Source: Vulcanimicrobiales bacterium (GTDB taxonomy: Bacteria; Vulcanimicrobiota; Vulcanimicrobiia; Vulcanimicrobiales; Vulcanimicrobiaceae). From it: a stretch of 64,000 nt of DNA. The notes beneath the pieces were generated by a model. The model searched no databases, was not told where the DNA came from, and worked only from the letters and a program-made list of their open reading frames with translations. Each line of letters opens with the position of its first letter. Position 1 is the stretch's first letter. The stretch covers positions 32,001-96,000 of the forward strand of contig JBBRLI010000011.1 of NCBI GenBank assembly GCA_038231455.1, in the 5' to 3' direction. Shown here piece after piece: positions 1 through 8,388 of the stretch. The position numbers were made by a program, and so were the translations under genes.

Positions 1-474
1 GGCGTGCGAAGCCGCGGGGACCACCGCCATCGACCCCTCGGGTGAGGGGCTCGGTTGCGCGGGATTTCCGGTCGTCGCCGTTACGGCGGTCCGGGGCGCG
101 GCCTGAAGCAAGAAATACTCGTACCCCACGAAGGCGAGCAGGGCAACCGCCACCACGGCGCCGACCCAGATCCAGGGCGAAGGCCCGCCGCGCTCCCGCT
201 CGCTTGGGACGCCATAATCCGGTACCGGCGGAGGCATCGCGCTCGAAGGCGAACGTTCGTTGAAGATTTGGACGGCACGCTCGACATCGAGCGACAAGAA
301 GCGGGCGTAGGTCCGGATAAATCCGCGAACGTACACCGGTGCCCCGATCGATGTCCAATCTTCGGACTCGATCCCAGCCAAGTAGACCGAGCGGATATGA
401 ATCTGCTCGGCTACATCTGAAAGCGTCAGACCACGCGCTTCGCGTGCTGCGCGGAACTCTTCGCCCAGAGTCAT
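1..474 (-). CDS. rodZ: RodZ-like helix-turn-helix membrane protein (3' end runs off the window)
   Basis: Not in the ORF track. My translation from ATG 474: [40 protein letters not shown]...[18 protein letters not shown], then a TM segment ([18 protein letters not shown]). This is the typical RodZ N-terminus. GTG 477 is an alternative start. Confidence 0.85.
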   Translation of the reverse strand, partial: MTLGEEFRAAREARGLTLSDVAEQIHIRSVYLAGIESEDWTSIGAPVYVRGFIRTYARFLSLDVERAVQIFNERSPSSAMPPPVPDYGVPSERERGGPSPWIWVGAVVAVALLAFVGYEYFLLQAAPRTAVTATTGNPAQPSPSPEGSMAVVPAASHA

Positions 475-529
475 CACTCGAATCTTAGCTTACGCACCCC
501 TCTCTCCTCTCCACGGGTTACCAACCTCG

Positions 530-1621
530 ATGAACACAACCGGAAAAACGCGCGTTATCGCGGCGATGAGCGGCGGAGTCGACTCCGCCGTCGCTGCCGG
601 TTTGCTCGTCGAGCAGGGGTACGATGTTATCGGCGTCACGATGAAGATGTACGCTCCGACAAAAGCGGCACATGCGAAGTCGTGCTGCGGTGCGGACGAC
701 TTCGATGACGCCCGCAAGAGCGCAGCGACCCTGGGCATTCCGCACTACGTCCTTGATTTCGAAGAGACGTTCCGCAAGACGGTTATCGAGCGTTTCGCCG
801 AGGACTACACGAACGGCCGCACGCCCAACCCGTGCGTTTCGTGCAATAATTTCGTCAAACTCGGCACGCTGCGCGCTTACGCCGACCGCCTAGGTGCCCG
901 CTATGTGGCAACAGGCCACTACGCCCGGCTCGAGCACACAGCAGACGGCCCGCGCCTCTTCCGCGGCACGCACGCCAAAGACCAGGCCTATGCCCTCGCC
1001 CAGCTCACCCCCGAGCAACTCGACCGTCTGCTCCTGCCGCTGGGAGCGATGAGCAAGCCGCAAACGCGCGAACACGCCGTGCGCCTGGGTCTGGCGGTCG
1101 CCGAGAAAACCGAATCGCAGGACATTTGCTTTGTCGAGGGCGGCGACTACCGTGACGTCCTCGACTCTCTCGCCCCCGGCTCCGCCGAGGCGGGCGACGT
1201 CGTCACGACCGCAGGCGAGATCGTCGGCCGCCACGCCGGGATCTTGGGCTACACGGTGGGCCAGCGCCGCGGCTTGCCCGCAAGCGGCGGAGGTGAAGGT
1301 CCGCGCTACGTCACCCGCATCGACCCACGCACGAATACGATCGTGATCGGCCGCGAAGACGAACTCGCCGCAAACGGGCTCATCGCAGATGAAGTCAATT
1401 TGATCCGACCGGCCGCATTCGCGACGGGCGAGACGCGCGTCGATGCGATGGTGCGGTACCGCGGCGAAGCCGTCCCCGCAATCGCAACCGTCACAACCGA
1501 AAAACTCACGCTCCGCTTCGAGCGCCCGCAAAAAGCGGTCTCGCCGGGTCAACTCGTTGCGATGTTCGCACCGGATAGCGATGAAGTACTCGGCGCGGCC
1601 ACAATCGCCGAGGGCGTCTAA
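530..1621 (+). CDS. mnmA: tRNA-specific 2-thiouridylase MnmA
   Basis: [10 protein letters not shown]-loop, TPNPCVSCN (CxxC type), [30 protein letters not shown] motifs. Confidence 0.97.
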   Translation: MNTTGKTRVIAAMSGGVDSAVAAGLLVEQGYDVIGVTMKMYAPTKAAHAKSCCGADDFDDARKSAATLGIPHYVLDFEETFRKTVIERFAEDYTNGRTPNPCVSCNNFVKLGTLRAYADRLGARYVATGHYARLEHTADGPRLFRGTHAKDQAYALAQLTPEQLDRLLLPLGAMSKPQTREHAVRLGLAVAEKTESQDICFVEGGDYRDVLDSLAPGSAEAGDVVTTAGEIVGRHAGILGYTVGQRRGLPASGGGEGPRYVTRIDPRTNTIVIGREDELAANGLIADEVNLIRPAAFATGETRVDAMVRYRGEAVPAIATVTTEKLTLRFERPQKAVSPGQLVAMFAPDSDEVLGAATIAEGV

Positions 1622-1627
1622 AGCCGC

Positions 1628-1849
1628 ATGAGCGAGTTCAAAGACCAGCTACCCGCCGACGGACCAACGGACGAAGAAGTCGTCACGATCCTCTTCAACG
1701 CGGCAATGAGCGGCGACATCGAGGCATTCACAACCAAACACGAGCTCGATCCCAAACTCTTGCAGATGTGGAAACACACCCATGCTCAAGAATACATCGC
1801 GTTTTTAGAAAAGCTGCTCCGCGTCATCCGAAAACGCGCGGAGGCATAA
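1628..1849 (+). CDS. Small hypothetical protein (73 aa)
   Basis: ATG 6 nt after the mnmA stop; coding-like codon usage; no recognised family. Confidence 0.7.
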   Translation: MSEFKDQLPADGPTDEEVVTILFNAAMSGDIEAFTTKHELDPKLLQMWKHTHAQEYIAFLEKLLRVIRKRAEA

Positions 1850-1862
1850 CCTTCGCCCAGCT

Positions 1863-3863
1863 TCACGGCATCGGTTTAAACGTGTAGACGTGTTGGCCGT
1901 CGCGCAGGAGGAGACTCTTCGCATCGACACCCGTACCGAAAGCGAATTCGAAACCTTCCGTGCCGGGGTCGATCGTCACATATGACATCGAACCATCGTC
2001 ATTCTTGCGAACGGCGACGTGGCTCGAGAGACTATTGAACTGGAACGACACACCTGCGCCATCGCGATGGACGACCATCGCACCAAGTTCCGGATTTGTG
2101 TACCGCGATGCGAGCATCATTGCAAGAGCCGAGGGAACCGGCACCGTGTAACGCGGGCGTTCGGCGATTTGAGCCGCGGCGATTTGCTTTGCGCTCGTCG
2201 CGATATTTTCAGCCGCCTCCGGCTTTCCGTCATACATCAGTTCCAACATTCGCCGCAAAAATTGTCCACGCAGAATCGGACCTTGATCGGAGTTCGTCAA
2301 GATCACCGCACCGACTCCAGCGCCCGGAATGGCAAACCAATCGCTGTGATAGCCCGCCAGATCGCCGCCGTGGTGGACGATCGGAATACCGTAACGGTTG
2401 TCGGTCATCAAGCCCATCCCATACCAACCGTCCTCGCCGATCGCCACGGTCCGCTCGCGCCGCTGCAGCAAGTTTTTCTCCGAGACAAGTTGCGCGCCGC
2501 TCGGAAGTTTTCCAAGAGCGAGCTCGTCATCAACGTAACGAATCATGTCGTGCGGCGTCGACCAAGCGCCACCCGCCGGTCGGAACGGCGCGATCGCCTC
2601 GTTAACGTCTTGGCTGTCGCGTGCGAGCTTGCCGTCGATATCGAGCCCAAAGGGTTCGGCATGGTCGGAATCGGCGATCGCCGCCCGCATGCTGAACGTC
2701 GTACGTGACATACCGAGCGGATCGAAGATATATGTCTGCATGGCCCGATCGTACGCCGCACCGATTTCCATATCCGGATAAGCGACGTGCCCCGCGATGT
2801 AGCCGGCCGCCGTCGCCATAAGATTATTGTATTGAAACACCTCGCCAAACTTACTCGTCGGTGCCGTGGCCGCCAAATAGGTAAACGTCTGCGTCGCGGG
2901 TGTCTGCGCGTTCGTATTGAGCAGCCACTCAAAGTCTTTTCGCGGCAATCCCGTGCAAGCGCACACGAGATGCTTCACAAGAACGCTCTTCGTTACGGTG
3001 TCGTCGCCAAGACGAAACGCCGGATACACATCGATAACCGGCTCATCCCAGCGAACCTTACCAAGATCGACCATCTTCGCAAGCAGCAGTGTCGAGAGCC
3101 CTTTGGTATTCGAGGCAATCATAAACTGCGTATTCGCATCAACGGGCGACTTGGTAACGATGTCGCGAACGCCGAGACCGCCTTCATACACAATCCGCCC
3201 GTGATCGCTCAAAGCGATCCCAACCCCCGGTATCTTCAACTCACCCATCGCCATCGAAACGAACGCCTTCAATTGCGCGACACGCTGCGCATCAAATTGG
3301 TGCGCCACCTTACCCGTAAACATTTCACGCGCATAGTTCCCCGGACGCAAACTCCCCAGAAGAAGACCAGCATCCGAGCCGCGCTTCTCCGCAGTCGCCG
3401 CGCTCCCATCGATCAAGGTCACGGTGGTCGTTGCCCCGTGACGTGAGGCGACAGCCTGCACAACGGCGTGTTCCGCAGGCGACGTCTCATACGCGATAAC
3501 GGTACTACCGTCCCAACCTTGCCGACCGGGAACATCTTGCGCAAGCGAAACCGCCCGCTTAAACGACGGCTGCCACTGCGCCCAAGCCCTTGCAATTGCA
3601 TCTTTGCCATCAACAACACCGCTAAATTCAACCAGCGCGATATGCAAATCGCCCTCAGGCGGTGTCAACACCGTAACGCCCCGCACCACGGCAATCGTCC
3701 ACGATGCGGGCACCGTATACGTAGCCCCGGAAGCGGTCGTCTGCGGCGTGTTGGCCGCAAGCGCCCCACCCGGCGTATCCGCCGCAACCGCGGGCACCGC
3801 CCCCAAAATCAAAGCAAAGCAAAGAGCAGCAATAGCCGATCGGCAAAACGTCGAACGCATCAT
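1863..3863 (-). CDS. Secreted serine hydrolase, beta-lactamase/AmpC-like family, with N-terminal extension
   Basis: Signal peptide (...GAVPAVAA), SxxK (ASNTK), YxN (FQYNN), PAGG and HHGG motifs. Start placed at MMRSTF. Confidence 0.88.
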   Translation of the reverse strand: MMRSTFCRSAIAALCFALILGAVPAVAADTPGGALAANTPQTTASGATYTVPASWTIAVVRGVTVLTPPEGDLHIALVEFSGVVDGKDAIARAWAQWQPSFKRAVSLAQDVPGRQGWDGSTVIAYETSPAEHAVVQAVASRHGATTTVTLIDGSAATAEKRGSDAGLLLGSLRPGNYAREMFTGKVAHQFDAQRVAQLKAFVSMAMGELKIPGVGIALSDHGRIVYEGGLGVRDIVTKSPVDANTQFMIASNTKGLSTLLLAKMVDLGKVRWDEPVIDVYPAFRLGDDTVTKSVLVKHLVCACTGLPRKDFEWLLNTNAQTPATQTFTYLAATAPTSKFGEVFQYNNLMATAAGYIAGHVAYPDMEIGAAYDRAMQTYIFDPLGMSRTTFSMRAAIADSDHAEPFGLDIDGKLARDSQDVNEAIAPFRPAGGAWSTPHDMIRYVDDELALGKLPSGAQLVSEKNLLQRRERTVAIGEDGWYGMGLMTDNRYGIPIVHHGGDLAGYHSDWFAIPGAGVGAVILTNSDQGPILRGQFLRRMLELMYDGKPEAAENIATSAKQIAAAQIAERPRYTVPVPSALAMMLASRYTNPELGAMVVHRDGAGVSFQFNSLSSHVAVRKNDDGSMSYVTIDPGTEGFEFAFGTGVDAKSLLLRDGQHVYTFKPMP

Positions 3864-3957
3864 ACCCAAGCATACCAAGCTGCCCGGGAAAAGTTGCAAT
3901 GGAGAACTAGCTAGCCGATAAAACGGCTAAGAAGAGACCAATCCCACCAGAAGCCGC

Positions 3958-4159
3958 TGTAATCGTGCCAGGTCGTCGGGGCGACATGCTGACGGCGGGG
4001 TGTCTGAGCATTTTGCGAAGCGTGTTGGCCCAGCGTAGGCTGGGACAACTCATCAGGATGGCGAGAGCAAAATGTCAGCAAGTAGCGATTTCACAAGGAT
4101 GTGAAATCGCGGGCGTCCCCGCCGGCAGCATGTCGCCCCGACGGCAAGCCACAATTACA
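3958..4159. repeat. ~200-nt structured intergenic element with long terminal inverted repeats (MITE-like or ncRNA)
   Basis: 3974-4000 and 4117-4143 are inverted repeats matching 26/27. Outer arms 3958-3967 and 4150-4159 match 9/10. Several internal hairpins. Confidence 0.8.
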
Positions 4160-4162
4160 CGC

Positions 4163-5245
4163 CTAGGCACTAGCAAGCGAAATATCAGAACGCAAGTTCC
4201 AATACGTATCGCGAATAACCGGATTGAACCCAGCCCCAATAATCGTCTCTTCAAGCTGCTTACGCGTAGCCTCGTTGGTCGATCCAGCAAGCGTAACAAC
4301 CCGCTCCTCGAGAATCGTACCACCCATATCATCGGCACCATACATGAGCGCAAGCTGACCGAGCTTCAAACCTGGTGTAAGCCAAGAAGCCTGGATGTGC
4401 GCGAAGTTATCGAGATACAGCCGCGACATCGCAAGCGTGCGCAGATACTCAACGCCGGTTGACTGCCGCCCTTTGAGCGGCGTCTTGAACGGCACGTAAT
4501 ACCAAGGAATGAACGCGGTAAATCCACCGGTTTCGTCTTGAAGTTGACGCATCACCTCGAAGTGCTCGATGCGCTCTTCGTCGTTCTCGATCGAGCCGAA
4601 CATCATTGTCGAGGTCGTGGGCAATCCAAGCTCCTGGGCATCGCGCATGATGCCGAGCCACTTCTCGGGCACGATCTTGCGCGCGCTGATGCGTTTACGA
4701 ACGCGCTCGACGAGCACTTCCGCACCCGCGCCGGGCAGCGATTTTAACCCCGCAGCCTTAAGCCGGATCAGCACTTCACGCGGCGTCATGCCTTCGGTGT
4801 TCGCAAGACCGTTGATCTCCGAGACCGAGAGCGAGTGCAAATCGACGTGCGGAAATTCCGCCGTGATGCGGCGGAAGAGTTGCTCGAACCACGTCAGTTT
4901 GATCTCGGGGTTGACGCCGCCCTGAATCATGATCTGCGTTGCGCCTTGATCCGCGGCATACTTTACGCGCGAGATGACCTCGTCGTGCGACATCGTGTAG
5001 CCTTCGCCGTGTTTCTCGGGGCGGAAGAACGCGCAAAAGGAACAGTGGACGTTGCAGACGTTGGTATAGTTTATCGTCGTGTCGATGACGTAGGTAACGT
5101 CGGTCGTCGGATAGAGTTGGAACCGGCGCGCATGGGCGGCACCGGCGAGTTCGTGCAGCGGCGCTTCGCGATAAACGCGCAACCCCTCATCATACGAGAG
5201 CCGGCCGCCGGTAGCGGCGCGGTCGAGCAGATCAGCGACCGACAT
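4163..5245 (-). CDS. mqnC: Cyclic dehypoxanthinyl futalosine synthase (radical SAM)
   Basis: NYTNVCNVHCSFCAF, SLPGAGAE, FTAFIPW, HIQASW, GADDMGGT motifs. Real start MSVADLL at ATG 5245; the ORF-track extension overlaps mqnA. Confidence 0.9.
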   Translation of the reverse strand: MSVADLLDRAATGGRLSYDEGLRVYREAPLHELAGAAHARRFQLYPTTDVTYVIDTTINYTNVCNVHCSFCAFFRPEKHGEGYTMSHDEVISRVKYAADQGATQIMIQGGVNPEIKLTWFEQLFRRITAEFPHVDLHSLSVSEINGLANTEGMTPREVLIRLKAAGLKSLPGAGAEVLVERVRKRISARKIVPEKWLGIMRDAQELGLPTTSTMMFGSIENDEERIEHFEVMRQLQDETGGFTAFIPWYYVPFKTPLKGRQSTGVEYLRTLAMSRLYLDNFAHIQASWLTPGLKLGQLALMYGADDMGGTILEERVVTLAGSTNEATRKQLEETIIGAGFNPVIRDTYWNLRSDISLASA

Positions 5246-6038
5246 GAAGAACCTCCGAGTAACCAAGTTCGCTTGCGAAGCGGGCGAGTCCAGCGCGCGC
5301 TTCATCGTCGAACGTATACGAGAGCGTCGAAAAATACTTGCTATAGAGTGCAGAATCCCGCGGGGCAAGGCGCTGGGCGCCGGCGATGACCTCATCCATG
5401 TGCGTTGCCGACCATGCGACGCTCTGCGCGAAGAGTGCGCCAAGTTCCGCGACCTGGCCCGGCCGCTCGTATGCGACTTCTTTGCGCGCCACCCACACCG
5501 CGAACACCATCGGCAGCGCCGTCCAGTCGTTCCACAGTTCGGCCAAATCGTAAAGATGGCTCGGCGGAAAGATGACTCGGGCATCGAGGGCGCGATCGCC
5601 GATCATGAGCGTCGGACGTCCGGCTCGGGCCGCAGCGATCGGATCGTCCACGGGCTCGAAGCGGGGATCGATGCCGTAGCGGCGTCGCAAAAGTAGATTG
5701 AGGAGCGCAAGACCACTGGCGGAGTCGCGTGTCACCGCAATCGGCGTATTCGCTAAGAGACCCGGCGGCATCGCCGAGACGAGTGCGACGGAGAGAACTT
5801 CATCGCGCGCTGCGATACAGACGTCCGGAATCAACGTGTAGCGTTCGGCATGACGGAGGTAATACGCAGCGCTCACGGGCCCAGCGTCGAGCTCCCCGCG
5901 AGCGAGTTTTGCGTTGAGGACACTGGGCACACCCGTGATGAATTGCGCGTCCGTTGGGATCGCGCCGGTATCGAACGCGGTATACACCGGAGCCACATTC
6001 GTGTAGGCGATCCGCCCCACGCGCAGCGGGTTAGACAC
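5232..6038 (-). CDS. mqnA: Chorismate dehydratase MqnA (futalosine pathway)
   Basis: RVGRIAYTNVAP, PSVLN...GELD, VLSV, LMIGDRAL, DLAELW...LPMVFAVW. Lies between mqnE and mqnC; GTG start overlaps the mqnE 3' end. Confidence 0.88.
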   Translation of the reverse strand: MSNPLRVGRIAYTNVAPVYTAFDTGAIPTDAQFITGVPSVLNAKLARGELDAGPVSAAYYLRHAERYTLIPDVCIAARDEVLSVALVSAMPPGLLANTPIAVTRDSASGLALLNLLLRRRYGIDPRFEPVDDPIAAARAGRPTLMIGDRALDARVIFPPSHLYDLAELWNDWTALPMVFAVWVARKEVAYERPGQVAELGALFAQSVAWSATHMDEVIAGAQRLAPRDSALYSKYFSTLSYTFDDEARAGLARFASELGYSEVLHVGR

Positions 6039-7167
6039 CGCTTGCGACGAGCTCCCCAGTCGGCGGCGTCCAGTCATACGGAAATTCTTCGTAGGTCGAA
6101 TTGCGGCGGACCGGCGTATAACCGACTTCTTCGATCAAACGGCGGAACTCACGGTCATCAACGTACTGTCCCGACTGCGTTCCGGCGCTATGGTAAATGC
6201 GCTCCTCATCAGTCGAGCCATGCGTGCCGTCCATGTCGTCAGCGCCGTATTGCAACGCGAGCTGGCAAATTTTCAGACCCTGAATCATCCAGTATGCTTT
6301 GATGTGGTCGAAGTTGTTGAGCATCAGGCGTGAGACGGCGAACATCCGAATGTCATCGAGGCCGCTTGTCCACCCATGTCCGCTCATCTCGTTACCGTCG
6401 GGGTGGAACGCGAGCGGGATGAATGAATTGAAACCCGGCGAGCGCTGCTGTGATTCGCGCAATGCTACAAGATGCTCGAGACGCTCCTCGAGCGTTTCGA
6501 TCGTGCCGTACAGCATCGTTGCGTTCGATGCGACGCCGTGCCGGTGAAGCGTTTCGTGAATCTTCAGCCAATTGTCGCCGTCGACTTTATTCGGGCAGAC
6601 GATCTTGCGAAAACGCGGCGAGAAGACTTCGGCGCCGCCGCCGTTGACGTTGTCCAGACCCGCTTCGCGAAGTTGCGCGCAAATCTCATCGTACGAAAGT
6701 CGATGACGGCGCGCCATATAGTCGATTTCGGCGGCGGTAAAGAGTGAGAGCTGAACGTGCGGCGCGGCTTCTTTGAAGCGGCGCATGAGCGGCAGCCAGT
6801 AATCGAGCGAGAGCTGGCGCGGATCGTGACCGCCAACGATGTGGAGCTGGTTGAAATTCGAACCGGTCTCCATCGCCTTCTCGAAAACGGTGTCGGCCGA
6901 CATACGCACCATGTCGCTATCTTTTTCGCTCTTGGAGAACGAGCAGAATTTACACGCGGCGTAGCAAACGCTCGTCGAATTGATGTACCGGTTGAGAACG
7001 TAGAACACGTTCTTCCCGCTCTTGCGCTCTTTCTGCGCTTGCGCCATGCGGCCGAGGCCGTGCAGATCGTGCGTTTTGAAGAGCGTCATGCCGTCATCGA
7101 TTGAGAGCGGGATGCCCTCTTCGACTTTGTGCTGGATCGGCTTGAGTGCGGGGTCGATGAGCGTCAC
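6031..7167 (-). CDS. mqnE: Aminofutalosine synthase (radical SAM, CofH/MqnE family)
   Basis: CYAACKFC, LHIVGG, TAAEI, GGGAEVF, SNATMLYG, FIPLAFHP, HIKAYW. GTG 7167 has an AAGGGA SD. Confidence 0.88.
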   Translation of the reverse strand: MTLIDPALKPIQHKVEEGIPLSIDDGMTLFKTHDLHGLGRMAQAQKERKSGKNVFYVLNRYINSTSVCYAACKFCSFSKSEKDSDMVRMSADTVFEKAMETGSNFNQLHIVGGHDPRQLSLDYWLPLMRRFKEAAPHVQLSLFTAAEIDYMARRHRLSYDEICAQLREAGLDNVNGGGAEVFSPRFRKIVCPNKVDGDNWLKIHETLHRHGVASNATMLYGTIETLEERLEHLVALRESQQRSPGFNSFIPLAFHPDGNEMSGHGWTSGLDDIRMFAVSRLMLNNFDHIKAYWMIQGLKICQLALQYGADDMDGTHGSTDEERIYHSAGTQSGQYVDDREFRRLIEEVGYTPVRRNSTYEEFPYDWTPPTGELVASGV

Positions 7168-7261
7168 GTGTGTTCCCTTGTTGTCCACTATAGAGATTAG
7201 AGTAGCTCCAGGCTCAAATCGTCACAAGGACGTTTGCCGCACGAGGGATGCAGGGGCATGC

Positions 7262-7292
7262 AAAAGGGGCGGTCCCGAAGGACCGCCCCTTT
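7262..7292 (-). terminator. Intrinsic terminator of receptor/lipoprotein cassette 1
   Basis: Minus strand reads AAAGGGGCGGTCC-TTCG-GGACCGCCCCTTTT (cUUCGg tetraloop), about 20 nt after the lipoprotein stop. Confidence 0.85.
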
Positions 7293-7311
7293 GCTTGGGT
7301 TGGAAAGGAAC

Positions 7312-8385
7312 CTATTCGGCTCCGACCGTGATCGCCGAAGCGGTGAGATCGGCTTGACCGTTCGCACCGGTAATCGACGGGGACTGCGAGAGATTGCCCG
7401 GAGGCGCTGCCTCGAAAGCCCCATAATCGAAGCCAATGGCAACGACGTTGATGGTATCGCCTGCAGCGAGCGTCGGGGTGGCGCCGCTGGTTAGCGTCGT
7501 CGGACCGAGTTTATCGGGGAGCTGGACGGTCTTTGCCGTGCCGCCGGGCACGAAGATCGAGTAGTAGAGTCCCGCGGTTGTGTCACGCACGTAGACGATC
7601 GTCTCCGTGACGCCTGGCGGGGGCGCAATCGCGATCGTCCCGCCGCCAAGCCCATCCGATGTGAACACCGGCGCGGGATAGGTTCCAAGCGGAGCGGTCG
7701 ACGTAAGCGCCGCGGCTGCCGTGAGAGTCGAGACCTGTTTCGGATCGGAAGAGGGAACCAACACGCTAAGCGTGTAGGTGCCCGGCGCGAGCGTCACGCC
7801 GGCGAACGACGCGAAGCCCGACGGATATCCGACGAATCCGCCAACGGTGTTACCGTCGGTGAACGTCGGGGTCGCCGGCGGCCCGAGGATCGGACGCATT
7901 TGCGTGGCCGAATAGAACGGTTCGCGGTAGTAGCCGGCCGTCGTGACGCCGACAATTTGCGACCCGCCGGTCGTCGAGTTGAGCGGAGCAAACCCGTAAC
8001 CGAACACGCCACCGGATTGCCCGAAGGTCGTCGCAACAGCCACATTCCCCGGCAGAGTCTGGAGCGTTGCGGTGATCGATCCCGTACCGGCGTCGGTACC
8101 GGCAGACGCTACTGCCGGTACGACGAAGCCGGCTGGGCCGACGATCGAGGGTGTGTTGAGCTGCGTTGCGCTCAGGCCGTTTGCCTGGCGGAACGTCGTG
8201 ACGGTATTCAAGCCCACCGTCCCGGCGTAGTTCGCGGTACCGACCGCGAACTGGAGTTTCGTAGTGGCTGGGACGTTTACCGACGTGTACGTCGGTAAAA
8301 CCCCAGCCTGACCGCCCGTGCACGCTGTGAGCACCGAAATGCATCCCAGCGCGGCGAGACGGAGTGACGTTTTCTGCAAGATCAT
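7312..8385 (-). CDS. Lipoprotein of unknown function, receptor-associated (paralog of 14401-15567)
   Basis: Lipobox VLTA-C; Thr/Gly/Ala-rich; start follows the receptor stop as TAG-GAG-ATG. Confidence 0.85.
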   Translation of the reverse strand: MILQKTSLRLAALGCISVLTACTGGQAGVLPTYTSVNVPATTKLQFAVGTANYAGTVGLNTVTTFRQANGLSATQLNTPSIVGPAGFVVPAVASAGTDAGTGSITATLQTLPGNVAVATTFGQSGGVFGYGFAPLNSTTGGSQIVGVTTAGYYREPFYSATQMRPILGPPATPTFTDGNTVGGFVGYPSGFASFAGVTLAPGTYTLSVLVPSSDPKQVSTLTAAAALTSTAPLGTYPAPVFTSDGLGGGTIAIAPPPGVTETIVYVRDTTAGLYYSIFVPGGTAKTVQLPDKLGPTTLTSGATPTLAAGDTINVVAIGFDYGAFEAAPPGNLSQSPSITGANGQADLTASAITVGAE

Positions 8386-8388
8386 CTC

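Noticed and set aside
3958-4159. Retron msr-msd or 6S RNA interpretation of the structured element
   Set aside because: No reverse transcriptase in the window, and the fold lacks the large two-sided central bubble of 6S RNA. Not formally excluded without an Infernal search.
4163-7167. Radical SAM pair as RiPP maturases or CofH (F420) enzymes
   Set aside because: The motifs and the intervening MqnA identify the futalosine menaquinone pathway; no SPASM or RRE domain.
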